Shown: positions 1 through 12,515, counted from the first letter of the stretch. The stretch is 64,000 bases of DNA from Octopus sinensis (GCF_006345805.1 NC_043015.1:36890001-36954000), one strand, 5' to 3'. The notes: a model not told the origin generated them from the sequence alone. Numbers and translations are program-made.

Positions 1-59
1 GTCCAAATGATCGCTGCATATTATGCATCAAAATGATCGCTGCATTGTATTCTGCATGG

Positions 60-595
60 GATGTTTTATTTGATGTCAGTGCACATTCACCTGGTTGCTT
101 AATTTCGTTTTTGTTTCTCCAATATAATGTTCGTTGATTCGTGGCCATTTACATTCACCTTTAATTATTTTCCTTTCTTGAATTTTTTGGCTGGTCCCTG
201 TTCTATTAAATCACGTGTCCCACATCGGAGCTATTCACATTTTGTTACTTGCATCATTTCTTCCTCTGATGCAAATCTTGCTTTGGTTAGAAGTTTCCTA
301 ATATTTGATGGTTGCTTTCGGCTATTGATTATTTGTTGTTCCTAGATTATGTGTCGGAGACATGGGGACTGCTGTAGAATTAGCAGAAGGTGTTTGGCTG
401 TTTGTAGAATGTTGTTGTTCTTGGGATTCTGAGTGATAACAAATGAAATATTTTTAGGTTCATTTTTCTTTTTATCCTCAGGGCGAGTGTTTTTGTTCTT
501 CGTGTAGAGATTTTGAGCTTTTTAGCTTCGGTTATCACTTCGTCTAAAAAGGTTCTTTACTGGATCTTAACTGGTTGAGGAAAAAATTTTCTATT
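60..595 (-). mobile_element. Degraded Neptune-type PLE fragment (linker + GIY-YIG start)
   Basis: Manual minus-strand translation with stops: ISFVITQNPKN...IINSRKQPSNIRKLLTKARF...VTKCE*LRCGT...HYIGET. It is collinear with the region ISTYNPRN...KQPKSLKKILTKAKL...KKCGRSNCATC...YVGST of the element at 8126-9139. Confidence 0.85.
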
Positions 596-749
596 CAAAT
601 ATATATATATGCGTGTGTGTATGTGTGTGTGTTTGCAAAATGCTTTTGTTCTGGGAATTGGACATCGCAGGACATACAAAGCTGTAAATGATAGCAAATT
701 AAGATTGGGCTGAAAAATCCTTCTGAACGGAATATTTCTAAGGAAATAT

Positions 750-799
750 TATTCTGAACCAATACGTTATGCAATAGCATAACGTATTGGTTCAGAATA
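750..799. repeat. Perfect 23-bp inverted repeat with 4-nt loop
   Basis: TATTCTGAACCAATACGTTATGC-aata-GCATAACGTATTGGTTCAGAATA. Confidence 0.95.
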
Positions 800-1064
800 G
801 TTTTCGATGGGCTTCGATGTCTAATTTCAGAAAACAATTATTTCAGATCATCTCGAGAAATCATAAAAACTCATAATGTCAACAATATATATATGTGTGT
901 GTGTGTGTTTGTGTGTATATGTGTGTGTGTGTGTTTGTGTGTATATGTGTGTGTGTGTGTTTGTGTGTATATGTGTGTGTGTGTGTTTGTGTGTATATGT
1001 GCGTGTTTGTGTATGAGTGTGTGTGTGCACGCACGCGCTCGTACAAATCTGTATAGTTGCAATT

Positions 1065-1250
1065 TATAGAAAAGGCAAAAGACAAGACAGGTATATGAAC
1101 AACAAACAAGTGTACTAGTTTGACGCTCAGGAAAAAATGAAAAAGTCTTTTACGTTTCAAGCCTACGCCCTTCATCAGAAAGGAATAAGAGAACATATAC
1201 AGAGAGGGAATGGAAAAAAACTTGTAGATTTCAGCGGTCCATGCTGCATT
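1065..1250 (-). mobile_element. PLE terminal (pLTR) fragment, family A
   Basis: Homologous to 4690-4895, 27660-27760, 30950-31080 and 47400-47486. Contains a hammerhead motif and has a TA microsatellite on its right side. Confidence 0.7.
1147..1182 (-). ncRNA. Minimal type I hammerhead ribozyme
   Basis: Minus strand: CUUU-CUGAUGA-A-GGGC-GUAG-GCUU-GAAA-CG-UA-AAAG. Stem I is CUUU/AAAG, helix III is the palindrome ACGU, and the cleavage triplet is GUA. Confidence 0.75.
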
Positions 1251-1315
1251 TATATATATATATGGATTGTTGGCTGGAAGAATGTATGCATGCATGTCTG
1301 TATATAATATAATAT

Positions 1316-1367
<52 letters not shown>

Positions 1368-1946
1368 TATTATCTGCCACTCGGAAACTTTATATTCCGA
1401 TTATACAAACGGATATGTATTTGACTCTTCCGCTAAAAGTTACATTTTGAGTGATGTTATAACTAAGAGAAAGAAAGAGAAAATCTGATGAAATCCGTCG
1501 AAGAGACAAGATGTGAAGAAGCCGCAAATTCTAAGACATTTGATTAATGAAATCCGTTTATCAACAACAGACGAGAGTTATTCAGTAAATTACCAACATA
1601 AAATTACTATTCTGTGTATGTCGAAATTTCAATCTCCCAAACAGCATAAGTCTGAAGACACAATCTAAATATATTCTTCACTTCTTACTTGATATTGTCT
1701 ATCTTTGAGGTGGAAATATGAACTGGTTTACCAAAACACTGTCTTTGTTTTCTATTCATTTTCACAGCCTTGTTTTTAGGTTGCTTTCCAGCCTATCCTT
1801 CAGCGATGTATAATCGTAGCGTATAATGCCTTATGGCATCTATTCATAATTACACACAGCGCATACACACACGAACCAGAAATACGCACATAAACTTACT
1901 CACATGTAGACAGAGATTGGTTAGCATATATATATATAAATAGAGA

Positions 1947-2041
<95 letters not shown>

Positions 2042-2691
2042 CATACACACATATATATACGCAACACACACATATATATATATAGAGATATACATACACG
2101 CAAATATATACACACACATACTCATGTATGAATCAATAGAAGCATATACATACCTACATACACGTAGATGGCATTGGCATCGCACGCACACACTTATGCC
2201 AACCTGTATATATAGTTTATATATTATATACTCTCCGTTTTATACAATCTCCTGTACACGCAATCGCATATATAAGACATAATACAGTGATAGCTTTCAC
2301 AAGGTCGATCTCTATGCGATACGGCATAAATATATGATTGTTTAACCTCACCCTATTAATGGCGGTGGAGCTAGCAATCACGTTAACCAAACTATCAGGG
2401 CTGACACTCTACACAACTCCACGCAACTCCATTAAACATAAAACTCTCCCAGCTCTGACGAAATTATCGGATCGATACATTTATATTGCAGTCAATTATT
2501 TCTTGTGGTTCAATCAACACATAGCTATTGCGGTTTAATATCCTGGGTATTGATGTACGTTGAGTAGGAGGAGGAGGAGAGTGTGCGATGGTGTGCGGCT
2601 TCGTGCTTACACGCTCCACGTTTTTCTCCTTCTCATCACACACTCACTTATATGTATTCACACTGCTCACGCATATACATTTTACTATATA

Positions 2692-2737
<46 letters not shown>

Positions 2738-2967
2738 TCGTTTTTAGAAAACATATATCCAGAGAGAGAGATAAACATACATATATACATATACATATAC
2801 ATATACATATATATGTATATATATATAATATATATATATATATTATATATATATATATAAATATATATATTAATATATAACTATATATATATATTATATA
2901 TAATATATATATATATACCTATATATGTATATTTGAATATATATATATATATATATATAATATATAT

Positions 2968-3034
<67 letters not shown>

Positions 3035-3037
3035 TAT

Positions 3038-3090
<53 letters not shown>

Positions 3091-4082
3091 TACATGCGTA
3101 CATATATAACGCACACATACATGCGCATACATGTACACTCAGACATTATAAATATATACTCAACCAGTTTTGTGCGGGCTGTTCTATTGTGCAATTTTAT
3201 TACTTGCTACTTGCCAATATGTGCAAAATACGAAAGCAAGCTCAATAAACCCGTCCTAAAACTGTAGTATAACGCTTTCTAGGAAAGCAAATCACTTGCG
3301 ATCACTGCCGGTGTCCGATAACCACCATAAAAGTCATTCCACGTGCAGCCTTGCCGTTTTTATGGAGCCTATTCTACCTTACCATACATCACCTACCATG
3401 TACTTCCTTTCCTTAAAAGACTCTAGAGCGTGCTTTGGATTAGGTATTTCCACACCTTCAAGAAGATCAATTGAGTCTGTTGCGACACGTAGCAATTATA
3501 TTAGTGATAAAATCGATTTCCCAGAAATATCATTTCGTATCAATTTATACCTCATAGAAAATAGGATCTACCTCTTTAATCCGTGATTATCGGCTGAGTG
3601 GATTTCATAAACTTTTCTTGCGATTCCTCTCAGTAATTATCTACATAATTACAATAGTTACAATAATATTAATTATTATTGTCATTTCTTCACTGCGTAA
3701 TTACTTATTTATTTCTTAACATTCGCTTCACTTAATTCGATGGCAATCACATCGTGCAGTTGTCACTCAAGAAAATAATCCTCAAACTTATTATATATTA
3801 ATAAACGACTCCCTGAGATGTTTAGTTACTCATTAATGATTGCAGAATGCTGAGATCTCAAACACATTAAGATCATATTGTCTCTGTTCTATAATTTAGT
3901 GCCAATCGTCCCTTTTATGGAAGCCTCCATTAACACATTTCTTTACTTGGTTTGTAAACATATTCTTTTCAGATTAAAGTGCCGCCGTGAAAGCAAATGG
4001 CGCTCCTTATAACCAGTTGAATGCAATTTTGTGTACGCGTGTGCGCATGAAAGTTTATGTTTCTGTGAGGGTGAGATTGTGA

Positions 4083-4118
<36 letters not shown>

Positions 4119-4539
4119 TAGGAAAAAACGAGTGTAATTCATAAAAGTCACTTGGTTGTTTAATTCATCATAGGATGATGAAAAAAATAGAATAAATTAC
4201 GACAAGATTTGGTATTTTGGATGCAAGAAGTGGAACCCTGCACTCCGAAACGTTCTCTCCGATACTTAAACAGCTCGGTCAATTCACTGCATTTTTCTAC
4301 CTAAACTCGATTTAAGCCAAAGAATTCGTATTCCCTTCATTACTTGGCAAATAGGACGAATAGTGCTTATTTAAAACAAAGAAAAATTACCAACAAAATA
4401 ATACAGTTTTACATCTGTCGGTTTCTGTTGGTGTTTAGCACTAAACAAGGAAACTATGATTAAGTATTTCCCCAGTTACCAATATTCCAGATTTATTCAT
4501 ATACATACACGCATACATATACATACATACCCACATGCA

Positions 4540-4573
<34 letters not shown>

Positions 4574-4689
4574 CATACATACATACATACATACATACAT
4601 ACAGATAGAGATATAGATATATAGATAGATAGATAGATATACATACACATATATATTCCCCAGACGCAACAATACACACACACACACAG

Positions 4690-4895
4690 ATATTGTTGAA
4701 ATTTATAGTAAAAGAAAAGATGAATGCAGGTGTATGAACAAAAAGCAAGTGTACTAATTTGACGCTCGGGTAAGATGAAAAAGTATTTTTACATTTCGAG
4801 CCTACGCTCTTGAACAGACAGGAATAAGGGAAAATAAACAGAAAGAGAATGAAAAAAAAAAAAACTTGTAGATTTCAGCGGTCCAGCATGGCGAA
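4690..4895 (-). mobile_element. PLE terminal fragment, family A, with mutated hammerhead (4787-4821)
   Basis: Similar to 1065-1250. The hammerhead reads CUGUUCA-A-GAGC-GUAG-GCUC-GAAA-UG-UA, with the core decayed and stem II perfect. Confidence 0.7.
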
Positions 4896-5502
4896 TATAT
4901 ATATATATATATAATTGTTAGTGACAGAAGCCGTATTAACACCAAAATACTTAATATTGGATATTGTATTAGAACTGAGAATAATTCTGCTCTATTTACT
5001 ATGAGAGAAACTCTGCTATCGGCTTTCAGGGTGTAGACGCAGTTTTGTTAATATCGCTAGAAGGGAGATAACTCACTCGCGACTGGCAACGCCGATGCCA
5101 AGCGGTCAGCGTGTTTAGCTGATGATCATAAGATCGCAAAACCATTAACATTCGATGTGTTCTGTCCTAGGATTTTCAATTTTCAATTTATCTTGCCCCA
5201 TTTTACGAATCTCTAAACGAGTACCAGCTGTGTGCTGCTGTACGCTCCTTTCCCCCTCATTCTTTTTCTTTCTCGTTCTCTGCCAACCTCCCACTCCCAG
5301 ATGGCATATTTTGAATGTGCAACTAAGTGAGAGTTTGGAAGAGATGAGATGACGTTTATATCTGTTGATGGCTATATAGACAACTAATAAAATTGTAGGA
5401 AGTATGATGCGGGTTAAGCAGCCGTCCCACCTTCGCAAATTGCAGTTGGTTCCACGGCACTCTGCTCTGATAGGCAAACGTTGTGTGTGCGTGTGTATGT
5501 GC

Positions 5503-5535
<33 letters not shown>

Positions 5536-6465
5536 TACACCCTCCTCCGTATGTATACTTGTGTATACAGAGGGTGAGAAAAAGATTGAGAGAATAAGTC
5601 TTATGAATATGTATGTGCATGTGGATGTGTGTGAATGTGCGAGTGTCAGTTTGTTTGTGTGTGTGTGTGTTTGTTTGTTTCTGTGTGTGTGTCTGTGTGT
5701 GTGCGCGCAGAAATAAGTGTATGTGTTTACAGATTTATGTTTCATACACCACTGACGCCCTGAATTCATTTCCATTCAAATTCTGCAACAATCGTCTTTT
5801 CATTAATTAATTTAATGCATTAGGAAAACAAAGCAGCGATCAATAAGGCAAGAAGACGAATAATGCATGAATATCTTTTGGCCATGGCTAGCGAGAAGAG
5901 TGTAAATAAGTGCAAAAAATATGATATTATGCATCATTACAAACGAAAGTATGTACACCCTTATATGTACAAATATGCTTACATATATACACACACATAC
6001 ATACATACATGTATACATATATGCATACATACATACATACATACATACATACATACATACATACATACATACATACATAGAGACATGCATCCACACATAC
6101 ATATGTACACGCTGTAGTGTAAATCAATGTTTTAAAAAAATCGAGAGCAATTGGGGTTTTATCATTCTGGATAGCGAAGCGAAGGAACATTACATTAATT
6201 CCAGCATTCTATAGATTTCCAATGACAAAAATTCAATTTTGGTAGAAATTATAATTCCTAGCATGAAAGAGTGAAATCTCTTGGGGGCGTCCGGTACTTA
6301 GTGAAGTAAATAAAAATAATGATATACAAGAAGTGAAGATATCGGGTGTCTGAAGAGGCTTCGTCTAAGTATTCGTTGGCGAGCGGATCATTAGACATTC
6401 ATTTCACCGTTGGAAAAAAAAAAAACAAGTAAAGAAAGACAACCATGTCTATATGCGTGTGTATG

Positions 6466-6512
<47 letters not shown>

Positions 6513-6528
6513 CACAATACGACACTAG

Positions 6529-6879
6529 GATAAGAAATACACCACACACAAATCACTACTACCCCATGAACCAAAACTACTGGTCCCCACTAAACACAAG
6601 ACAAACGCAAAGAAACACTATGTCAAGCAACATCCCAGAAGTTCGAAACAAAAATATTCCCCATACAGAAATTTTACACACACCACAAGCATTAACAACC
6701 ATAGATTCCCACACACACACAACGATCGGAGGCAACAATACCACCACTCCCCCGACCAAATACCACACAACCTCACAGACAACTCATACAAACAAAATTA
6801 CACCCAACATTTTTTAGCCAGGGACCAGGGACACCAGGACACAGGCTGGAACCTAGTAATAAGGAAAAACCGAAGATAA
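6529..6879 (+). CDS. 3' part of a putative upstream ORF1 of the PLE (no ATG in window; truncated)
   Basis: Stop-free frame ending ...NYTQHFLARDQGHQDTGWNLVIRKNRR*. It overlaps the RT frame and contains TTTTTTA at 6810-6816. Not in the ORF track because it has no start codon. Confidence 0.5.
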   Translation, partial: DKKYTTHKSLLPHEPKLLVPTKHKTNAKKHYVKQHPRSSKQKYSPYRNFTHTTSINNHRFPHTHNDRRQQYHHSPDQIPHNLTDNSYKQNYTQHFLARDQGHQDTGWNLVIRKNRR

Positions 6880-9139
6880 TCAATCTTTCAACCAAACATC
6901 TTTCTAACATAAAAATTGACATCCTCGCAAAAGGGCTCAAATTTACACCAACTCCACGCAGAGCAAACCTAAATGAACTCAAGGATAATATAACAGAATT
7001 TTGCAGAAAATTAAGACTAGCAGAAGCATCAAACAGTTTCAATACTGAAGATGAATCACTAGTCAAGAACAAAAGTGAACACATCCCACACAGAGGAAGA
7101 AATAAAGATCTTGACGAATTCTGTAACCGCATTGAGAACTTCCCCTACCATACTATACATAAACAGAAAGCTAACCCAAATTTTAACACTACACAATGGA
7201 AAGAACTGATAGAACTCCAAAATGATGAAGATATAACCATTAAGGAAGCGGACAAGGGAAATGCAGTTGTAATAATGGATACATCATACTACAGAAATCT
7301 TGTAATTTCCTTGCTTGATGAAGACCTACATTATGAAAAAATTACCAACTACACCCCACAAAAAATAATGAAAACTCTATCTTCACTAATTAAAACCCAT
7401 GAAAAGGAACTGACAACCAAAGAGATTGATTTCCTAACAAACTTTAAATGCAAACCTAGCCTTTTCTATGGTCTGCCAAAAATTCATAAAAGTCAAATTA
7501 TAAATGAAACCATTAAAAAATCACCAAAGACATACATACACACACCTAATCCGGGGGACCTAAAACTACGACCCATTGTAGCTGGCCCAACCTGTGAAAC
7601 ACACAGACTAAGTCTACTTATGGACATCCTCTTGAAACCCTTCCTTAAACATATCGATAGCCATATCAGAGATGACTTAGATATGTTAAACCACCTTCCA
7701 AAAAAACCCAAGGAAGAAACAATCCTGGTTTCATTTGATGTAGTCAACTTGTATACCAGTATACCTCATAATTATGGACTGGAGGCAATACAATTCTGGT
7801 TAGACCAATTTCCGGAAGAAATACCAAAAAGGATCAGTAAGGAATTCATTACTAAATCAATTGAATTCATCCTACACAATAACCACTTCATGTTTGACAA
7901 TACATTTTACCGTCAAAAATCCGGAATTGCTATGGGTACAAGGGCAGCACCAGTCATTGCGAACTTAACAATGGGATACATGGAAATAATCATTTACCAG
8001 GAATCTCTATCAATCTTTGGAAACTCCCTCTCTCAATACATAAAGAGAATTGGAAACGATTCCTAGACGATTGTTTCATTCTCTGGAATGAAAACATAGA
8101 TAAACTCCTAAAATTTAAAAACCTATTGAACAGCATAAACCCAAATATACAGTTCACAATGGAATACAACCAAAAGGAGCTCCCGTTCTTGGATATACTA
8201 ATTAAAAAAATTAACCTTAAAATAGAAACAGACATTTTGTACAAAGCCACAGACGCCAAACAATACCTTCTTTTTAATTCATGCCACCCAAGACACACTA
8301 AAACAAACATCCCCTTCAACCTTGCAAGAAGGATATGCACAATAGTGTCAGAACAAAATACCAGGAACTTTAGACTGCAAGAACTCAAAAACACCCTAAT
8401 TGACAGACATTACCCAGCTCAACTCATAGAGGATGGGATCAGACGTGCAACAGAAATCAACATAGAAACTTTAAGAAAAGTTCAACACAACAACACACCT
8501 TCCCCGAAAATACTACCTTACATATCTACATACAACCCCAGAAACAAAGAAGCCTTCACCATCATCACCCAGAATTTACCAATACTTCATAAAAACCCAA
8601 AATTAAAGGAAATTCTAAACATACACCAAATCATTAAAAGCTACAAACAGCCTAAATCACTTAAAAAGATTCTCACAAAGGCAAAATTGTCTTCTGAAAT
8701 TACGGATGCAAAAGTAAAAAAATGTGGTAGATCGAACTGTGCAACATGTCCTAACCTATTGGAAGGATCAGAATTCTTCTTTAAAGAGGGACAGAAATTT
8801 AAGATCAAATCTAACTTTACTTGTGCCTCTGAAAACATAATTTATGTTATTAAATGCTCGGGCTGCCACCAAGACTACGTGGGTTCCACGGGACTATCAC
8901 TCAGGCGCAGATGCACACTGCATCGACAACAGATTGCATTCCCAGAATATAGAATGATACATTTTAGTGAGCACATTGAGAAATGCGCAAAGCAACTACT
9001 GCCACAATTTTTAATCTTCCCATTTTACCAATGTGCTTTCGGATCATCAACACAAATGAGACTGAACAAGGAAACATTCTTCATTGAAAAGTACAAACCC
9101 AGACTCAACCATCCGAACATACTGACACAGAGAAATTAA
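6810..9139 (+). CDS. PLE reverse transcriptase-GIY-YIG endonuclease polyprotein (about 775 aa), one 1-nt frameshift at about 8042-8044
   Basis: The frame is open from 6705 with the first ATG only at 7275. Adding one A to the AAA run at 8042-8044 joins ORFs 7275-8066 and 8126-9139 as YIKENWKRFLDDCF. Confidence 0.92.
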
Positions 9140-9150
9140 CAAGGAAAAGG

Positions 9151-9185
<35 letters not shown>

Positions 9186-9297
9186 TAAGCGATTATCTCC
9201 CCTACACCGGAAAAAATCACTCACTACCTCCCCTTATTTAGAAATCTCCTGGAAATAAAAACAACGATAATTCCATGCAATATAAACATAACGTCAC

Positions 9298-9337
9298 AAG
9301 AAATTTGAAAAGCTACACGCGAAACCGGTAATTTCTT
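9298..9337 (+). ncRNA. Minimal type I hammerhead ribozyme, U3-A8 core variant
   Basis: AAGAAAU-UUGAAAA-GC-UACAC-GC-GAAA-CCGG-UA-AUUUCUU. Perfect 7-bp stem I, 2-bp stem II, palindromic ACCGGU helix III, GUA triplet. Lies about 160 nt after the PLE stop codon. Confidence 0.8.
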
Positions 9338-9504
9338 AAAAAATTTTAAAATTATGTCATTTTAAGGAAAGGGAAAAAAATTTTTCCAATATTCTCCAGA
9401 CATTTTGACACAAATATATATATATTTTTTAACATTTAAGCCTTCTGTCGTTTTTTCACACTTTACTATTTTCTTATATATGCATATATATATATATGTA
9501 TGCC

Positions 9505-9583
<79 letters not shown>

Positions 9584-9588
9584 GTATG

Positions 9589-9654
<66 letters not shown>

Positions 9655-9802
9655 CATATATATATATATATAAACATATATCGATATATACATACATATA
9701 TAGGAATATAATATAATATATGCACGTTTTAATCTATAAACAGAGATAATATTGTGACATAAAATATAGAGTTAGAGTGACAGACAGACAGATAGATAGA
9801 TA

Positions 9803-9841
<39 letters not shown>

Positions 9842-10297
9842 ACAGAGATAGAAAGAGAGGAATGGAGAAGAAGATAAGATCAAAATCGCCCACGAAAATA
9901 ACAGACAAAATTATTACACAAGACAGAGACAATCTAACAAAGAATATGAAATCGGTCGCGAAAAGCCTGAGTGTTGAAACGTGTAGAAATAAGAGTCGAG
10001 TCCTACCAACGTGGAATAAAATGTGCAATAATAATAAATACGCTTATGAAAGAGATAAGTGTTCGATCCTTCATTAAACGGAAGTAAAAGGGTTCAGTAA
10101 GTTATGAGAAAAAGGAAAACTACTGGGATCTTGCATTTATGACGAGTATCTACATAGCAGGCAGAGAGTAAAAATCACCCCTCCACACAAACACACACTC
10201 GCGCGCGTACACGCAAACAAAGCGTACGTTCGATTGGTTAAATTGGTTGTAAGTACAGAATACCTATTACTTATCAAAGAAACATTCAATATTCTTT

Positions 10298-10492
10298 TCT
10301 ACTCTAGGCACAAGCCCAGAAATTTGGTGGGAGTGGGCGTGTCGATTAGATCGACCCCAGTGCGCAACTGGTACTTAATTCATCGACCCCGAAAGGATGA
10401 AAGGCAAAGTCAACCTCGGCAGCATTTGAACACAGACGAAATACGGCTGAGCATTTTGCCCGGCGTGCTAACGTCTCTCCCAGGGCGCCGCC
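10298..10492 (-). mobile_element. tRNA-derived SINE, family B
   Basis: Minus strand has a tRNA-like head with a GTTCAAAT B-box-like motif, followed by the conserved core GACTTTGCCTTTCATCCTTTCGGGGTCGAT...AAGTACCAG. Multiple copies in the window. Confidence 0.8.
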
Positions 10493-10529
10493 TTGAAAAC
10501 ATTCAATATTAACAAATGAATGGCAAAAT

Positions 10530-10748
10530 ATTGGCTTCAAATTTTGGGCAAGGGTCGTCAATGTTTGTGTGTTCGCAGGTAAGTCGATTATATCAGGCCC
10601 CTCATCTCACCTGGTACTTATTTTATTGACCCCAAAATAATGATGGCAAAATCGACTTCGGCCGAATTTGAACTTGGAGAGTAAAGACGGACGAAATGCG
10701 GCTGAGCAATTTGTCTGGTGTGCTAACGATTCCGCAAACTTTGCGCTT
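10530..10748 (-). mobile_element. SINE family B, diverged tandem copy
   Basis: Aligns by eye with 10298-10492 (ctggtactt...gacccc...aaagtcgac...atttgaac...tgctaacg). Confidence 0.7.
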
Positions 10749-11211
10749 TAGAATGTCCAGGTTAGGGGACTCTCAGATATACATGTAAGACAGTACAAGT
10801 TTCTTACACAATTTTTTAAGTATAGTTTTTGCTATTTAAATCCATGACGCTTGTGCGGATATATGTGTATATGAACATTTAAGTGTGTATGTTTGTTCTT
10901 TTCTGCTTTTAATTATATAAATGTTTCCGTTGAGAAAGGAGCAGGTTTCTAACAAAGATGCAAGGCTGCTAATTTGAACTGTACAGAACAAAACCAGTTT
11001 TACATTTGTAACTTGACAAGTCTTACATAGTTTTACTGGGCCATTTACAGATTGCATTTGTAGTGTGTTTTTGGTCGATTTTTCTTTCTAAAAAAACCTA
11101 GCTTATACAGATTGTTACTTTACACTCTATGTGTGCGTATGTATGAATGTATGCATTGGCGTATGTGTGTGTATATACACACACAAACACACACACACAC
11201 ATATTTATATA

Positions 11212-11255
<44 letters not shown>

Positions 11256-11272
11256 TATATATCTATATATAT

Positions 11273-11308
<36 letters not shown>

Positions 11309-11319
11309 AATTTATATAA

Positions 11320-11569
11320 GCGGAGGCGCAATGGCCCAGTGGTTAGGGCAGCGCACTCGTGGTCGTAGGGTCGCAGTTTCGATTCCCAGCCCGGGCGTTG
11401 TGAGTGTTTATTGAGCGAAAACAACTAAAGCTCCACTCTTTCCTCTGTTGGCCTGCTCGCTTAGCCAGCGGGGTGACGTCATTTGAAGGCTAAAACAATG
11501 CGAAGCGCATTGTGACCAGCGATGTGTAGCAACATCTGATGGCCTGGTCGGTCACGTGATCACGTGATA
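11320..11569 (+). mobile_element. tRNA-derived SINE, family C
   Basis: A box TGGCCCAGTGG, B box TTTCGATTCC. The head is homologous to 56023-56331. Inserted in (TA)n. Confidence 0.85.
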
Positions 11570-11594
11570 TATATATAATATATATATATATATA

Positions 11595-11969
11595 CACTTG
11601 CGTCAGAAATTAATTAGCACTTCTCAAATTTCTACATTAAATAGGTTAAATCAATTAATCTTATGAGCTGTTCAAAACGTCTTACGCGATGAGAAAACTT
11701 AGTATGGTGTGATTTCGGTCCTTGCGAGGCGCTACCTATATCTATTAAACAAAGGAAGATTTGTCTGCATCCGCACTCCAAGTTGTTGCACTGCAATGTC
11801 AACATCATAAGGCTGTAGACTCTCAAACTGCTCTGCAAACAAAGTTACGTCATCGTTCTGCGCAACAGTGAACTTGCAACAAAGCAATAGTTCGAGATAT
11901 GGCCACTAGGTGACAGCACATACCTTGAGTGAAGAGCAAATCAAGGGTGCTAATTAATTTCTGACGGTA

Positions 11970-11972
<3 letters not shown>
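11595..11972. mobile_element. Tc1/mariner-type MITE
   Basis: 26-bp TIRs: CACTTGCGTCAGAAATTAATTAGCAC and GTGCTAATTAATTTCTGACGGTAGTG (2 mismatches). TA on both sides and no ORF. Confidence 0.9.
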
Positions 11973-12022
<50 letters not shown>

Positions 12023-12426
12023 CATGTATGTATGTATCTACCTGTTTGTATGATAGTAAGCTTACTTACCCCTCAATAGACGGAAATTAGAAACACAACG
12101 AACATCTGCCCAGAACAGATCATAACTCTATGTCTGTTTCGCCATTTCGGAAGATAAATTTTACCAAAATCATTACAGACTACATACCGAATTCTCTCTA
12201 AATCTTTCCATCCAATATAATTCATATAGAGATTTCTATATAATTGCGAGCTACGTGGCTATCGCTGTTTATCGCTTTCTCTCTCTCTCTCTCCTTCCTT
12301 CTTCCCTACCTTCCTCCTTCCCCTCTCTCCCCTCCTTTCCTCACTCTCTCTCCCGATCTCCCTTTTACTGTGACCTCGCTCTTATCATCAAGGTACCTGA
12401 GTATCAATCAACCTATCAATCAATCG

Positions 12427-12480
<54 letters not shown>

Positions 12481-12515
12481 ATATTTGCCTCTCTGTCTGT
12501 CTCTACGTATCTCTT

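Larger units (their letters stand above)
6510..9477 (+). mobile_element. Penelope-like retroelement, Neptune type, near complete and apparently 5'-truncated
   Basis: PLE N-terminal motifs (NLS..., KGLKFTPT, IKEADKG). RT motifs (YGLPKIHK, LRPIV, SFDVVNLYTSIP, QKSGIAMG, RFLDD, LPFLD). Thumb region TDAKQYL..SCHP. Linker CGRSNCATC. GIY-YIG with Cys/His (IIYVIKCSGC..YVG...H...H). The 3' region carries a hammerhead. (TA)n lies on both sides. Confidence 0.97.

Noticed and set aside
886-1025. Regularly spaced repeats resembling a CRISPR array
   Set aside because: It is a 26-bp (GT)-derived minisatellite with no unique spacers, in a eukaryotic context with no cas genes.
1486-1510. CTGATGA as a possible hammerhead
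   Set aside because: No stem II and no GAAA...UH follow.
5119-5148. CTGATGATCATAAGATCGCAAAA hammerhead-like stretch
   Set aside because: It needs several indels to fit the consensus and cannot be supported without a family alignment.
6350-6372. CTGAAGA-GGC-TTCG-TCT as a possible hammerhead
   Set aside because: It lacks the GAAA core and stems I and III.
9149-9181. Poly(A) tail marking the end of the PLE
   Set aside because: The element continues about 300 nt further and includes the hammerhead, so the A-run is internal.
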